Assembly (NCBI RefSeq): GCF_030684315.1
Contig: NC_081354.1
Location: forward strand, 64,392,321 to 64,456,320
DNA: 64,000 bases
Source: Stegostoma tigrinum
Lineage: Eukaryota
Direction of reading: 5' to 3'
The notes below the pieces were generated by a model. The model saw only the letters and a list, made by a program, of their open reading frames with translations, ran no database searches and was not told the origin of the DNA. Position numbers and translations under genes: made by a program. Every line of letters begins with the position of its first letter. The first letter of the stretch is position 1. Shown piece by piece: positions 1 through 14,524 of this stretch.

Positions 1-813
1 ACTGCAGGCTTCAGCGAGACATTTACAGAATGCAGAGCTGGGCTGAGAAATGGCAGATGGAGTTCATGGATAAATGCGTAGTGATGCATTTTGGAAGGTC
101 GAACTTAAATGCTGAATATAGGATTAAAGGCAGGATTCTCGGCAGTGTGGAGGAACAGCGGGATCTTGGTGGATAAGGTTGTTAAGAAAGCTTATGGTGT
201 TTTGGCTTTCATTAACCGGGGGATCGAGTTTAAGAGCTGCGAGGTTTTGCTGCAGCCCTATAAAACCCTGGTGAGACCACACTTGGAATATTGTGTCCAG
301 TTCTGGTCACCCTATTATAGGAAAGATGTGGAAGCTTTGGAGAGGGTGCAAAGGAGGTTTACCAGGATGCTGCCTGAACTGGAGGGCTTGTCTTACGAGG
401 AGAGATTGAGCTCGGACTTTTCTCACTGGAGAGAAGGAGGAAGAGAGGCGACCTGATCGAGGTGCACAAGGTAATGAGAGGCATGGGTAGAATCGATAGC
501 CAGAGACGTTTCCCCAGGGCAGGATTGACTGCCACGAGGGGTCATAGTTTTAAGGTGTTAGGAGGAAGGTATAGAGGAGACGTCAGAGGAAGGTCCTTCA
601 CCCAGAGAGTTGTGAGCGCATGGAATAGTTTACCAGTGGTAGTCGTGGAAGCGGAGTCATTCATGACATTTAAGCGACTGCTGGACATGCACATGGACAG
701 CAGTGAATTGAGGGGAGTGTAGGTTAGGTTATTTTATTTTTGTATTTGGATTGTTCCATGGCACAACGTCGTGGGCCGAAGGGCCTGTACTGTGCTGTAC
801 TTTTCTATGTTCT
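1..813 (+). mobile_element. CR1-group LINE, ORF2 C-terminus and 3' UTR
   Basis: YKTLVRPHLEYCVQFWSP...LERVQRRFTRM and TRGHSFKV...FTQRVVSAWNSLP are typical CR1 ORF2 motifs. The 3' UTR ends gggcctgtactgtgctgtac..tctatgttcta. Confidence 0.93.
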
Positions 814-3780
814 AGTGCTCAATGCACCTCAGTTCATTAGCACATCCTATCCAATAGCAGGCACAAACTATGGTCGAACTGGCTTTTAATCTCTGTTCTT
901 GTGTATTAATAAAAATGTCAAAAGTAGAGTTATGCTTCTTGCCCAGACTGCTGCCTTTGTTCCCCCAATAACATTCACAGTCTGAGATAACTCCCAAGAG
1001 TTTACAGTTCAGTTTGTGCATTTTCTCCCATTGAAGCTTCATTGTCACCTGCAGGTGAGATATGCCAGTGTTCCTCTCCAGTCAGCCATTGGATTTAAAA
1101 CCACAGACAGTTTGGCTCTGTCTGCCTTTTCTGTTGTGGAAAAGAAGTCATTGGAATTGAAAGTTGATTTGTCCGTCGGTGATCTGGAGTTATGGTCGCT
1201 TATGATGACATGTCTTCAAATAAGTCCTGGAAGAACAGCCCATGTTGGAATACTAGAGTGAAGGACTGTCTGTCATATTTAAGTCATTGACATATTAGAA
1301 TTATAGATTTTGCAGAATATTTTAGCCTCGTGAATTCCTCAACCCTGCCCATGATAATTCTCACTGTGGCTCTTGATGAAAGTCTCAAATTGCTACACCC
1401 ATGTTTCTGGTTTAATTTCAGCCATCCGTTGTGTGATAATAATAATATCCCCTGATATTGACATTGTACAATGTCACAGAGTTAATGAATTGGTCAACTT
1501 CTCTCCCTTTTACATGGAAAATCTAACACACGCTGAGAATGGAATAATTAAAACTCATGAAACCATTGTGTGTTTTTGGTCCTAAACTGACTAGAGGATG
1601 AACGAACAAAGAAAGTAGCTTACGACAAGGTTTTTTTTCACACTTTCTTGATTTTAAACCCTGTTACAATCCCAGACCAGACCCCAAGTCTGGTTAGGGA
1701 TCAGTAACTTTTTGTTTAAAGTTGATGAAGTTTAGAAATCTCAAAACCTTGCAAAGTGAATAAATGCAGAAGATGCAATGGATATAAACAACCAAATACA
1801 AATTTTACTATACTAAGTTTAACAAAAGAATTAAATTACTGACAATCTCTGTCTTGTATGCCATCGATACGAAGAATATATTAATTAGCAAATTGTGGTC
1901 AAGCACATAGCCTGCACATTAAATGGCAGATATGACCAAGGTAATTTTTAAAAATTTGACAGCAATCCACCCAGACATCAGTAAATACTGTGAGCTGCAA
2001 AAGCCACAATAACTTTTATATCTTCCTCAGGAGATGTTGCTCCTGGAAGCCGATGCTCATTAACTCTTCAATGCAGCTCTAACTTGGAGTGCCTGAACAC
2101 TTGCTTAGCTTTGGGTGTCTCAATCTTGTCTTCTCAACATTGTGCTGACACTGACCCCATGGCTCATCTTGTGATATTTCATGGTTTCCCAGGACCTTTT
2201 CCTGCCCTGCATGCAGCTCCAATTCACTACTTGCATCCTGCACCTCTGGGGGTCACCTCAGGAGGTATCTCCTTTTCTGTTGCCTCTGCCAGTTTTGATA
2301 CGGAATTCCTGGGTCATTCTCATTGCCTGCCTATCTTAATGCCATCTCGAGCGGTTTCTTTGCCTGGTTGCTGAATGCAAAACTCTGCTTCAATTGCCTT
2401 CGATTACTTTTGGTACCAGATATTCATCAATCACAAACATCCCTCTGGGTCCTGTAGGTTCCCTATTGTAGGCATCATTCTATGTCCATGACCCCCAGTT
2501 TTTGCACTGTGCTTCTGATGATCCAGATTGCCTTTAAGTGCAAAAGGAATGAAGGAACAGCAAATAATGTACAGCTGGAAACACTGCTGTGAACTCTGCC
2601 TGCGCCAGTATTTGTTTGCTCGCCAGGAGTTGGTGTTTGCAACCTTCACTCTGGAAGATCCAGTTGGACCCCCATTAACTAAGTTCCACAGCAACAGCAG
2701 AAGTATTTGAGTGATTTGATTTCTACTGCATATTTGCCATCCTGCATTGCACCTCAGAAAACATATTTGAAATTGAGATGATAACTGCCCATGATGCTAT
2801 AGATGGATGATTACATAAGGTGCCCCAAAGTGGCGCCGGGGCGGAAGTTCCATACGTGAATGCTTTGATGTTTTGCATGCTGAAAATTTAATCTGCAAGC
2901 ATCCTAACAATAAACTTACCTTTTGGACTGTTCAAAATGTTTGCAAGATGTCCAATGGATTCAGTAATCATTGTGAAGCCAGTGTAATGTGAGGTAACCT
3001 GGTGGGGAGATCCTTATAACACTTGTGCATTCAGTGTAATTGTTCTGATTTCTGACTTGCAGTATACTTTTATTCTATTGTGCATCTCATTCTGCTTTGC
3101 ATCACTCGAGTGCTAATGTGAAAGTACAACTATCACAGTTTTGAGTTCACTGAAACCAACATAGCTGACTTCATTCTAAACTCATCAACAAATGTGCTTG
3201 TTAACAACAAGGAAGATTTTCTTGGTGTCCTGCATTTTAAAAATGAAATGCAAACAGAGCTACGCAAAGTGCAGAAAAGAAATTGTGCTACAATTAGGTG
3301 GAAATAAAACAATAGGGCAGCAATGAAAACCTTCATATGACAATGGGATCGGCCCAGTGTGCGCACTGTGTGTGGGGGATGGCAAATGATAGTGCATACT
3401 ATCAAGATTGCTGCCTGCTCATTCGAAGGCTTGCTTGAGAACTGACTTGCTCAGGATTAGGGTGGCCGCTGACTTGGAGATTTAACAAAATGTTTCAAGA
3501 GCAGAGATTTTTCCAATTGAATGAGATGGTGATAATCACAAAAAACTGTGCCTATTGATCTAGTTGCATTAAATGGTTGCAATTCTTCCTCATTATACTG
3601 CAACACCAATATAGACAAATTCTTGATACCCCCTTTCTGGGTCAGCACCTTGTCGCCATTAGTGACACCATCATATGTATAAATACATAGAGTGCTCATT
3701 ATTTTTAAGCCCAGGCATTGCTATTTCAGTTTTTGTTAATTTGTTTTCAGGAGGCAAAAACATGGTCAAGCAATTTTTAT

Positions 3781-4006
3781 GATAACAAAGGGTGGAGCTG
3801 GATGAACACAGCAGGCCAAGCAGCATCTTAGGAGCACAAAAGCTGATGTTTCGGGCCTAGACCCTTCATCAGAGCTCTCTGATGAAGGGTCTAGGCCCGA
3901 AATATCAGCTTTTGTGCTCCTGAGATGCTGCTTGGCCTGCTGTGTTCATCCAGCTTCACACTTTGTTATCTCGGATTCTCCAGCATCTGCAGTTTCTATT
4001 ATCTCT
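3781..4006 (+). mobile_element. Non-autonomous fold-back derivative of the PLE 3' end (hairpin 3781-3970 plus 36-nt tail)
   Basis: ~94-bp inverted arms homologous to 39738-39830, each with the ctgatgaaggg..cccgaaa motif. Flanked by the duplication caagcaattt(t/c)tat (3767-3780, 4007-4020). Confidence 0.92.
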
Positions 4007-4339
4007 CAAGCAATTTCTATTCCTTGTTTGTTCTGCAGTATAGGGAGGCCATAAATACTGTGTAATGAGACAGCCAAAATTAATGCATTTGCATTTTCAT
4101 TGTTGGAAATTTGGTTTAGAATGAAAGCTCATCAACAGGAAAATGTGTGTTAACAGGATATCTAAATTAATTTAAATGTATTGAAGGTAATGAAAAATAA
4201 GTGTGCAATTATTTAGTGGTCTACAAATTTGAGATAGAAACATCGAAGCAGTGAGCGGAGCCTTATTGAGGCTTTAAGTTCTTGCCAGTTGGCTGGAGTA
4301 TAGGTCACAGATCCCCGGTGTCTCTTCCTGGGAAGGCTG

Positions 4340-4465
4340 TCTGCTCTTCAGCCAATCACAAGGATACTGGTGCTTATTGTCTGGAATAAGTCACGTGGGT
4401 ACATGTTGTGTCCAGTGAGAGCCGCCACTCAGAGAGGCCGCCAATTCTTTGACTTAGCAGCATAA
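4340..4465 (+). promoter_or_regulatory. Candidate promoter/enhancer motif cluster (CCAAT, E-box, ARE/AP-1-like)
   Basis: agccaatcac (4350-4359), gtcacgtgg (4390-4398) and tgacttagca (4450-4459) in a locally GC-richer stretch with no recognised repeat. Motif evidence only. Confidence 0.35.
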
Positions 4466-5542
4466 TTGAGGAAGCACTGGTTGCTGCCAGAAGGACACCC
4501 TCTGGATTCTTCAAATAAATACATCAAGGATATTAGTCTGCATAGTGGAAAGCCACAGAGGGTCTTGGTAGGAAATTCAGTGGTACTTTCCTTTGAACAA
4601 TGAATGAAAAATGATATTTCACTTAAAGTTGACTTTAATTTCGGAGTAGGCACCTGGAAGTTGGGACTCATTGTTCATTGATAGACCTGATAGCCTCTGC
4701 TGCAAGAGAGCTGTGGAGTTGAATAAATGGGATGCATTTGCAAAAAAAACTCTGCAATGCTAAGTGTTGCTCCTTCGGCAAGTGGAACTGAGGCGGTACT
4801 GTGTAGTTGGCACAAGTAGCATAGCTGCTGTCAAAAAGTACCACACTTCAGGGATGCACTTTTTGCAATAAGCAAACGCAACAGATCAAGTAGTACATAA
4901 AGGGGAATGGGAAGGACATACAGTATTAATTTCAGTAAAGGAAAATTAAAGAATTGTTTGAATTCTTAACAAGAACAACAGAAAGCAAGGAATGAAGAAA
5001 GACCATCTTCCTAAAAAAAAGCCATCTCTTTTTACAGAATATAATCAGTTTTTCATTGATTTTATTTGAGACATTTAGTCTCTGAGAGCATCAAGCATTA
5101 GTTTCTTAAACATAGAGTAGGAACAGTTTATCCTTGAACAGATGCTTCCAATATCATGACATTCCCATGGTCCTAATGGCCTATAAACTATTATATTCTA
5201 ACTCATGTTGGATCATCCTGTATCTATATTTATCTTCTTTTAAACCATCATTTTATTTTAACCAAAAATATATGCAGCTGTTATCACATTTAATGACAGT
5301 CTTGTCCAAGGTTTCTGGGAACATTCTTCTTTGGGTGGTGGGGCGAATTCCTCTAAACTCCCAGCACTTGTTGCTTGTTAATTTTTATGTTTGATTAGTC
5401 TGGTTTGGTTGTACAACGTGACAACACTTTTTTAAAAAAAATCCACTTTCAAGATTCTGATCCTGACAATTTAAGAGTCAGACCAGATTAATTATGCTAA
5501 AAAAAATCAAATTAATGCATTAGGGAACACAAATTGCTCAAG

Positions 5543-5664
5543 AGATAGTAGGAACTGCAGATGCTGGAGAATCTGAGATAACAAGATGTAGAGCTGGATA
5601 AACGCAGCAGCTCTTCTGATGCTGCTTGGCCTGCTGTGTTTATCCAGCTCTACACCTTGTTATC
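5543..5664 (-). mobile_element. Internally deleted fold-back derivative of the PLE 3' end
   Basis: Reverse tail (ggaactgcagatgctggagaat) plus inverted arms gataacaag..../....cttgttatc. Duplication acaaattg(c/t)tcaag on both sides. Confidence 0.88.
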
Positions 5665-6639
5665 ACAAATTGTTCAAGCAGGGATTGGCGGTAAAAACAC
5701 AAATGAGACCAAAGTTACTTAACCTTTTGTGGTTCACTTCCCTTGCAATGCTAGGTGGATTGTGGCAGGAGTGATAGAAATTTGACAAGGAAATGAATGT
5801 GCTAGCTCTTGATTTTATGCTAAAATTTCCTGTTGAATCTCATGAGGGGTAAATTTCTACACTTAACTGAAATGCCACAGATATTGACAAAAAATTAATA
5901 TCACTAACTCTCTGACTACCTTCAGTCAAATAAACATTGTAGAAAATCTGGGATATCAGTCACAGATCAGAGTAAGCCACAATCCAGTTTCATAATTGTC
6001 AATTCACTTTAATAAAATGTACATCAAGTAGCCTTCCCTGTCAGTTGGAGAGTTAAAATATGAATGTTTAACAAGCAACTTCATTTTTAATTGTGCAAAA
6101 GAGCAATAATTTTTAAAATTACATTGTTTTGATCATTCGTGTACCACAGGAGTTTTCTTAAAGCCTTTAGAGAGATGAGCACTGTGGAGGCTGAAATGCA
6201 TCATTTCTCGCAACGTTTCCATGTTGATTTAATGCCCTCCTTTTCTCCTACTCTTTGTGCTATTGTTGCACTGGCCCTGGTGGAGAGTTGTTATAATTTG
6301 TTAACAGTTTAATTAGTCAAATTGTAGATTTGTTGGTGATTCTATTATTAGAAAAATGTCTCGACATCAAACATACTACAAAATGTCAGTCACTATAGCA
6401 AATGACGGATGTAATTAAATATGTTGCGAGTCTTAAACTTAGAAATGCTTGTATTTTTATAAACTCAATTTATAATTTGTACGTTTTAATAAGGAAGGAA
6501 CTATCACCATACATTCGATCTCGGTTAAAATCTAGTATATTTTCTAATTTCTGTCACTCAATATATGATATCACTAGTATATTATATATATTTATTTTTC
6601 CCTATTTCTACAGCCACTTATCCTGCATGCTGTCAAAAT

Positions 6640-6860
6640 AGATAATAGACAACTGGTGCAGGAATAGGCCATTTGGCTCTTTGAGCCAGCACCACCATTC
6701 ATTATGATATGGCTGATCATCCCCCATCAGTATCCTGTTCCTGCCTTATCCCCATAACCCATGATTCCACTATCTTTAAGAGCTCTATCCATCTCTTTCT
6801 TGAAAGTATCCAGAGACTTGGCCTCCACTGCCTTCTAGGGCAGAGCTTTCCATATATTCC
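6640..6860 (-). mobile_element. CR1-group LINE 3' fragment
   Basis: Reverse of the typical end (aggcagtggaggccaag...aagggttatgggga...atcagccat...aatggcctattcctgc). Confidence 0.75.
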
Positions 6861-8879
6861 ATAAAATCATTGGAGCCATTGCCTGTTTCCTGGTTTCAGG
6901 CACTAATTTTTCATCCTGCTTCACTTCTCCTGAATTTTCTCTTAGGATTGTAACAATACAAATCTTAATCTTTCCTTACTCACCATATTTTGAAAACTAC
7001 AACTCTAATCCTACAGTAAAGTATTAACAAGTTTAACGTCTCAGTTTTAGTCATTATCTGCTACTGGATAAGATTAGATTACTTGATTCAGTTTGCGTAC
7101 TGTGCAGAAGCAAATATCTGAAACATAGAAATTTATCTCACTCGGAGTAAATTCCTTGCATTCTTAATTGTTCCCTTTGCACATTCATGTATCGTAAACA
7201 TATAACTGCCATTTTTTTAAAAACAGGACAACCAAGTGTAATCCTAGTTAACAATCAAAATATTTCTATTATACACAATTTGACTGTTTTGCAGCTTTGC
7301 TACCTTTATGAGCTAAGTATATATTAATATTTAAGCATCATAATTTCTGTTAATGAGTCTGCACGTATGCGAGGAGTACTTTAATTCCATTTGTGTCATG
7401 TAAGTTAATAGTTGCGCAAAACTAGGAGCACTTGTGACTTTCAATGTAGTCAACATATTGACAGAACACAAAAAATCATTACGAGGACAAACTGTCCTGG
7501 TATTAGGTATACACTCATGTTTTTGAATGTTCAATGATAATTCAGAGGTAACGTGTACCTAATTATAGATGATCTATGTCATATTATATGCCTCACTTCA
7601 ACCTTGGGGTGAAATATTGTTTACATAATGTGTTGAGTGGCTTGAAGCAACAGTAGATGTGGCGGCAGCAACAAGGTCAGGAAAATGGTGCTTGAGAGCA
7701 ATACTTCATGCTTGTAACTGACAGCGCACTCCTCAGATCACTAAAAAATATTCTGTATCTTGGAGACACAATCCTTCCTACCACCTGCATATATTGAACA
7801 ATGTTTTGTGGAAGCTGGCTTTTGGGTTTGCAGGTCACAGGTACACGTAAAGTGGAGGGACTTTGCATAGCCCAACCACCAATCCTAACCTGTTTAAAAT
7901 TTTAGAGGTGCACAAGGTGAGCTCTTCTGAATTAACATGCACAAGTGGTCAGTTTATTTTGCCCCTGGCAGGAGATGTTCAGCGATGGGGTCAGGGATGT
8001 GATTAACTCAATAAGTGACTCTTCATGTAACTTGGCAGGGTGACAATGCCATGGAACAAGATGAGGGACACCCTGACTCTGGCAGAAGGTGCCAGTGATC
8101 ATGCCGAAAGGGTTGGGGGCGGGTGTGCTTGCTGGTGGGGTGGGTCTACAGGTGAGCATAAGAGTAGAGAAGAGGAACTTGGTGATCATGAAACTGGTGG
8201 GAGTTCCAAAGAGCTGGGAGAGTGTTAAACCCATCAATGTCCCCTTTTCTAGTTGGCTGTGAGTAACCACTCACCCATATCAACTGCTCCCCCAAGCCAA
8301 GTTCTGCTCCAAGTGCTCTATCAGGATTCCTGTCCCCACAAATTCAAATAATCAGTTAGTAAGTCATCAATATGCAGGTAGAATATGGAATTACAACACC
8401 ACTGGATATATTTAGTCTCAGGAAGTTGGGAATCACGGATCACCTCTCGACCCTTGAATTTCCTTGCAATTCACTAAAAGTTAACAAACACAAGCATGAA
8501 ATCTCACAACCTAAATTAAGAAGTGCAGTAACTTCACCTTTTCTTATAAAGAAAATAGCTTATTTCTAGATAGAAGCTTCTGCAACCTGAATTTTGGCTG
8601 CCAAAGGTGCAAAGTTGGGAAAACTCCTAGGCCCACTAACTTGAGCCAGGTAAAAATATTCCAGAAGTTGGGATTTCCATTCCAGGGCATGGGTGAGGGT
8701 GAATATGAGCAGCTGTAGTTCAAAACTCTGGAAAGAATGTGAAGGCTTCCATGGATAGAGGTAGACTGGTAGAAGACCCACCTTGTTGTGCTGTCATTTA
8801 GTTGGACCTAGTTAGTAGAGTTGGCCGAGTGCGTGATTAAGAATAAAACCAGCAGCAGTTCAGTCTCCATATTTGCTGA

Positions 8880-9268
8880 GGCAGCTTTTCCTCTAGCCAT
8901 GAGGGTTCTGGTCAGAGTAAATAGGAAGCAGATAGATGGGGAGAAATTGTTCCCACTCAACAAGAGATCAAGAACATCAGGGTCAGATTTAAAATAATTG
9001 TGAAAAGGTGAAATAGTAATATGAGGAAAAAAAAACTTTCTCATGCACTGAGCAGTTAGGGTCTGGAATCCACTGTTTGCAAGTTATAGTTCAAACTTTG
9101 CATTCATAAAGGGATTTAGATAGTTACTTGAAAAGGAACAGTGTGTGACTTTACAGGGAGAATGAAAGAGAATGGCATCAGGTGGAATCCCCATGTGGAA
9201 AGATGGTGTTGACACAGTGGGCCAGATGGTCGTCTCCTACATTGTAATAATTATTCTGTGATTCTGTA
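8880..9268 (+). mobile_element. Degenerate CR1 3' fragment
   Basis: gagaaattgttcccact...aaaactttctcatgcactgagcagttagggtctggaatccactg, ending ttctgtgattct. Confidence 0.65.
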
Positions 9269-12200
9269 ACGTGAAAAGAATGAAACAAAAATAGCTCACC
9301 AGCCCTCACCTCCCCACTCACCCCGTATGTCCCCCTTCATCCCACCTCATATCCTTCATCGTCTTTCCCCACGGTGCCACATACTGTCTGTGCCAACCTA
9401 TGCCCAGGTATACAACACATGGGTCCTCACAACTTTAATGCCAACTGATGCACTTCGCTCACTTCCATGGCCCTTTTATAGCTCCTATTCCAACTTAATT
9501 CCACCTTGTGCTGAGGAATGCATCCCCCACTCGCCCACATTTTTTCTTCTTTGCGCCTAGCAAGCCAATTCATTCAGAATTTACTAAGGACAGACCTTGT
9601 GACCCTTGTTCTCATGTTTCAAAAAGAACCTTTGTGTAATCCATTATAAGAAATGAACACTGGAATTCATAGTCCAACTTGAAAGAGTTTATAAACACTT
9701 GGAGCTGTCAAATTATGAAATTAAATACCCCTCATTATAACAATGAAAGATTGTGAAGTTGATCATGGAGCACTAATCCTGTAATATATTCCTCAACCAT
9801 ATGTCGTAAAGAGTGAAATAGTAAGCGCTGATCTTTTTCTAACACTTCAGACAATTTTTCTGAAAGGGCAGGGGCTTTCAATGCCTTAACAACTTGACAG
9901 CTGCTTTACATAGTTCTTGGAACAGTTTTAAAGCACTTTTTAAATTTGTGTACTTCTAACATGTAATAATCTGCCCTTTGGCACATCTCTCAAAGGACTC
10001 CTTCCAGATCTAAAGTGCACAGACCATGTTTTCATTTGGAAAAATCAGATCAAGCTGAGGCAGCTGCACCTCCGCTTTTACATTGCCTCTGTGAACCACA
10101 GATGTGCAAATCAGAGCTCACCTCAATCTTTCCTCACCTGCCCCTTCCCTTGTGAAAATTTGTATGCGCTGTGTTTGGGGGCGGAACTTGAGTTCACACC
10201 TCCACAGGTATTTCAGAGTAATCAAGAGGCTGTCTGCCTCCAAGAAAATTGAGGCCTAAATCCCGGGCAGTATAGTCTGAATGATCCGTGATATAGTGCA
10301 CATTGTTACCTTTATGTGATCACCGGAGAGTTTCCAAGTTTTCTTCTCAAAAAATTAAAAGGATCCCACATCTTCATTAATAAGTGGGACTAACAACTTG
10401 TTAAATGTACTTTCCATGCCCACCTCACCATGGAGAGAAAATTGTTCGAAATCTGGCATTTTTAATCAAAGTGGATCTGGTAATTTGGGAAATTTCCTGC
10501 CACAATGAAGAAAATCTAACACCCAGATCTTCAAAGAGAATTTGTACAATTTGAAATTACCATTTTAAAATACAAAAAAAAAGCTGCTGATTTTTCAACT
10601 GAATCTGATTATATCTGTAATAGACAAGCAATTAACAACATTGTCACAAGACCTTTTCCGGTAAGAGCTTTCCTGTCTTAGAGTGTCATTGAACATTAGT
10701 GTCCAATATCTGATGCCATGGAAAATCTTAGAAAGCCTGATTGATCTAACATATGTTGCCTTCCATCAGTGGGAGCTATTTTTTTTTATTCATGATTTAA
10801 TTTGCAGATTTTTTTTTCCCCCCTTGTATTTTATCTTTTGATAACAGTCAAGTGAGTTATCACAAGCTTGCAGCATCTGAAATTTGTTAAAGTAGATTTT
10901 GGTGCATCTGATTGAAATAGTGTTATTACACACCTCTGCAGTGGATGGAACTTGAACACAGGCCATCTGGCTCAGGGCTACTGTGCGACTGGGGCCCTTA
11001 TCTGACTGATAGGACTCTGGCTTGCAATTGACACTCAGCACCATGCCCTGTCTATTTGTCATGTAACCTAAGTCCCACCTCTCTTCTGTGTCTCCTTTTT
11101 GCCTCACTGATTCTTGACAGCCTATTTCCACTTAACTTCTTCCATGGGGAGAGCCACCACATTGAATTTAACCTCTAAGTGTTCTCCCTGACCCTATACC
11201 CTGGCATTACCTCTCAATGATGCCCACCCTGCTCCTCTATGATTCTCCTGTGAAGGTTCAGTGGTGGTTACTGCTACTAACCAGCCTCCAACCCACCATG
11301 ACTTCTGATGCCCTCTGGCAGCTGGCACACACTACACAAATTGCATTAATGCTTTGTTGTGCCATTCATCAAGCTGTGTTTCTGCAACCACCTCCCCACC
11401 CACCCCCAACAGCCCCATAACCTAGACAGATCCTTCCTGACAAAATGACAACCAGCCTGTTTCTGTCGATGCTGCAGAACATTGTCACCAAGGCAATGGG
11501 CATTGCAAAACAATGCAGGGACACCATGACCATGTTAGGTAGGTGCTTGGTGAGCAAGCTCCGAAAGGGCAAGTGCGCAGTCTGGTTTATTCTGTGAGCT
11601 GGCTGTCTGTCCCTGTGCACAGTGCCTCTGTAGCCTTTTAATGCCACTTACCAATATGTTTTGCAAGTCTGCACTTCCTAATCGATGTGCGAGTGGACCA
11701 TAAAGCTGTCTCAAGATTTGGTACATGCCAAATGTCATTGTCACAGACAAGGCTGCAATATGGCTGATGCCTGTGAATCATGCCCCTGAGTAGCAGATTG
11801 GTGCTGAGCCACACGGAAGTTCATTGTAGCCAGTGGTGGGCAATTGTTTCCAGGTACCTGCTCTGGCTTCCATGTCCCAATTATTTGATAGCCAGCTTGT
11901 TTGGTGGGCTCTGTAAAATGGAAAGCTGAACACTGATGAGTCATGTTAGCCTGTTAACAAGACTTTTAACAAGCTCTAATCCCCACAATTGGTGATATGT
12001 CGCTGCCTAGCACAATACCCGTCACATTGCTAATGAATGCATAAAAGATGGAGTGAGATGCTCCCGACATTTAGATGGGTCTCCAAGAATTCTCATCTGA
12101 TTTTCCCACAAATCTTGCTATAGCTGATGTCACTTAGACCTCTGTAAGATTTCATTCTTTGACTCTCGTTAAGTTGGACATCAATCAATTCTTGTTAAGC

Positions 12201-12502
12201 AAGGGGTAAAAATTTATCATGGTTGCCAGGAATGTGGAGTCATCAGAGCTGCCACGACCATATTGAATGACGGGAATTGGCTTAAAGGATTGATTGGCCT
12301 ACTCCCACTAATTAAAGTGATCGTATGCTCTACTTATTGTGCAGAGCATTACTAAAGGTTGTTATAATGTAGTCACCAAGTGGTCTAATTTAGACTTCAG
12401 AAAAATGATGAGAGTGGTGTGAATGTGAAATGTGTGACACATAGTGAATAGTGTAGATGCATTTATAAGGGACAAATGTAGAGGAAAAAGGAGGAGGGTT
12501 TG

Positions 12503-12702
12503 TTAACTCAGTTGGCTGGATGGTTGGTTTGCAGCACCTAGTAACAGCAACAACATGGGTTCAGTTCCATGGGTTGAGATTACCATGAAAGGCTCTTGTT
12601 TCTCAACTTTTCCTCAGGTGTGGTGACCCTCAGATTAAACCACCACCCAACTCGCTCATGGATGTGGAGTAGCCCTACTGTCTGGTAAGATTATGGCAAC
12701 TT
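12503..12702 (+). mobile_element. SINE family C copy
   Basis: ttaactcagttggctggatggttggttt...gggttcagttcc...ttaccatgaa...ttaaaccaccac, shared with 22245-22434. Confidence 0.7.
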
Positions 12703-13039
12703 AACCTATTAGAGAAAGAAGAGAACAGATGTAACAAAATAGATTTAGATGAGGAAAGATGGGAGAAAACCCACCAGATGGCGTAGATGATTGGGTAGAA
12801 TAGCCTGTTGCTGTGTATTAGATCTGATTGTTTTATGCCCTTTCTAAATGTGAACATTTTAATTAGTAGAGGAAAAAAATTGGCTGAAGGTGTCCTACAC
12901 CTGTGGAATTTTGAAAGTGGCCTCAACATGGATTCCTGGCTTTGAGATGAATCTATAGCAAACTTCTGGCACTCCCGGTTTCAAGAACCTCGAAGTGTAG
13001 TCCAGCATGACCTGGAGGCTAGGTCCAAGCACACACTGG

Positions 13040-13307
13040 GTTGGAAGGACTGTTTTTCTGAACTTTTTATGGCTTTATTTATCTAATTTATTTCTATGAT
13101 TTTGTATTTTTGTACCTAAGGTGGTGTGAAGCTTATAATGCTGGACTTCTTATTCATTTTTGAAAAACTTTTCCAAGGAATATGTATTTCAATCTGTATC
13201 TAGGTATATTAGTACCTAAAATGGTGCCATAAGTGGCGACTTGTAAATTTTTCACTGTCCTCATATGAATACACGTGACAATGAAGCTAAAGCTAAGTTA
13301 AAGCTAA
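13040..13307 (+). mobile_element. Probable LINE 3' UTR with short tandem tail
   Basis: Ends ttttcactgt...tacacgtgacaatgaagctaaagctaagttaaagctaa, a non-LTR-like terminus with (aagct)n-like repeats. Confidence 0.45.
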
Positions 13308-14524
13308 CCTAGTCACTAATCTGTTTTTCTAACAGAAAATCTGCACAAATTGTAGTACAATGGTGAAATAAATCACCAATCTTTGCATATATCCTGTTTT
13401 AACAACGCGATATTGACTAAGATGCGAAATATGCTTCATGCTTGCTTTTATACGTGGCAGCTTTAATTGTAAGTGTAAACATTTAGCTGTGTTATAGTTA
13501 TATGCTTATTATAGTTAAAGAAATCTAATTGAACGATCAATTATTTATGCAGGACAATAAATGAATTTGTTACATTAACAGTCTGCTAACTTCCAAGGTA
13601 GAAAATAATCCATACTCCAGTTCAATATTCAGCAGTAACTTTGCTCTCTGGATGCTTTATCTAGTGATTTTTCTCAGTTCATTAAACATTTGCATTTTTA
13701 TTCATTCAACATGTAAAAATTCCTTTTAATTATGAAATCAAGTCATAAAAGCATCAAAAATGCAAATAGATTCAGTGAACAAACAACTTAATGAATTAAT
13801 GGTTCAAAATGTACAGACTATTGACCATATCAGTTGTTGATTCTTGTTCAATTGGTGTGAGACAAAGTGGAGATGTCTGGATGGTGCTTTGTAGAACCAG
13901 TTGAACTTTCCTTTAACCCTTGCCATTGTTCTTTCTTGCCAATGCTTTGAAATAGACATAAAACCAGAAAATCCTGCAGCAGCTCTGCAAGGCGGGCTAC
14001 ATTTGTGGCCAGAGGAACAGAGTCAACCTTTCAAGTCCAAGGAGTCGTCTTCAGAACCCTTTCCATTGAAATAGACAGCTTAAAGCTTTATGTACATGGA
14101 CATCATCATTGATCTGTTTCTTTTAAAATATATTTCTGTTAAATAACTGCAATAAATGTACAAACTTCAGTTAATCTCTGCTGTAACAACCCTTTGTAGC
14201 ACAAATGGATGAAAAATCTTTATAATTTAATGCCTCCCTCATAAATATTTCAAAGCAGAAACCCATAAAACAGTAGGCCATGTTTAAAGGTTCACAATGT
14301 GAGAAAAGAGCTCCTTGGTAAAACTATATAGACTTACAAGTTGTTGTAAATTGAAATGTATCAACTCGATACAGTAGACGTTTTTAAATTTCATTCTTGG
14401 GATCTGGCTGTCTCCGACATTTATTACTTCACCCTAATTGAATAAAACTGATGGGCTTGCTAGACTACATGAGAGGCCAGTTAAGTGTTAACCACATTCA
14501 ACTATGACCATACAGGGAATGTAC

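Noticed and set aside
7600-12160. Locally GC-richer decayed stretches possibly from old DNA transposons (similar patches near 2000-2900 and 50630-51335)
   Set aside because: No TIR pair, TSD or transposase motif could be confirmed by eye; this needs a repeat-library search.
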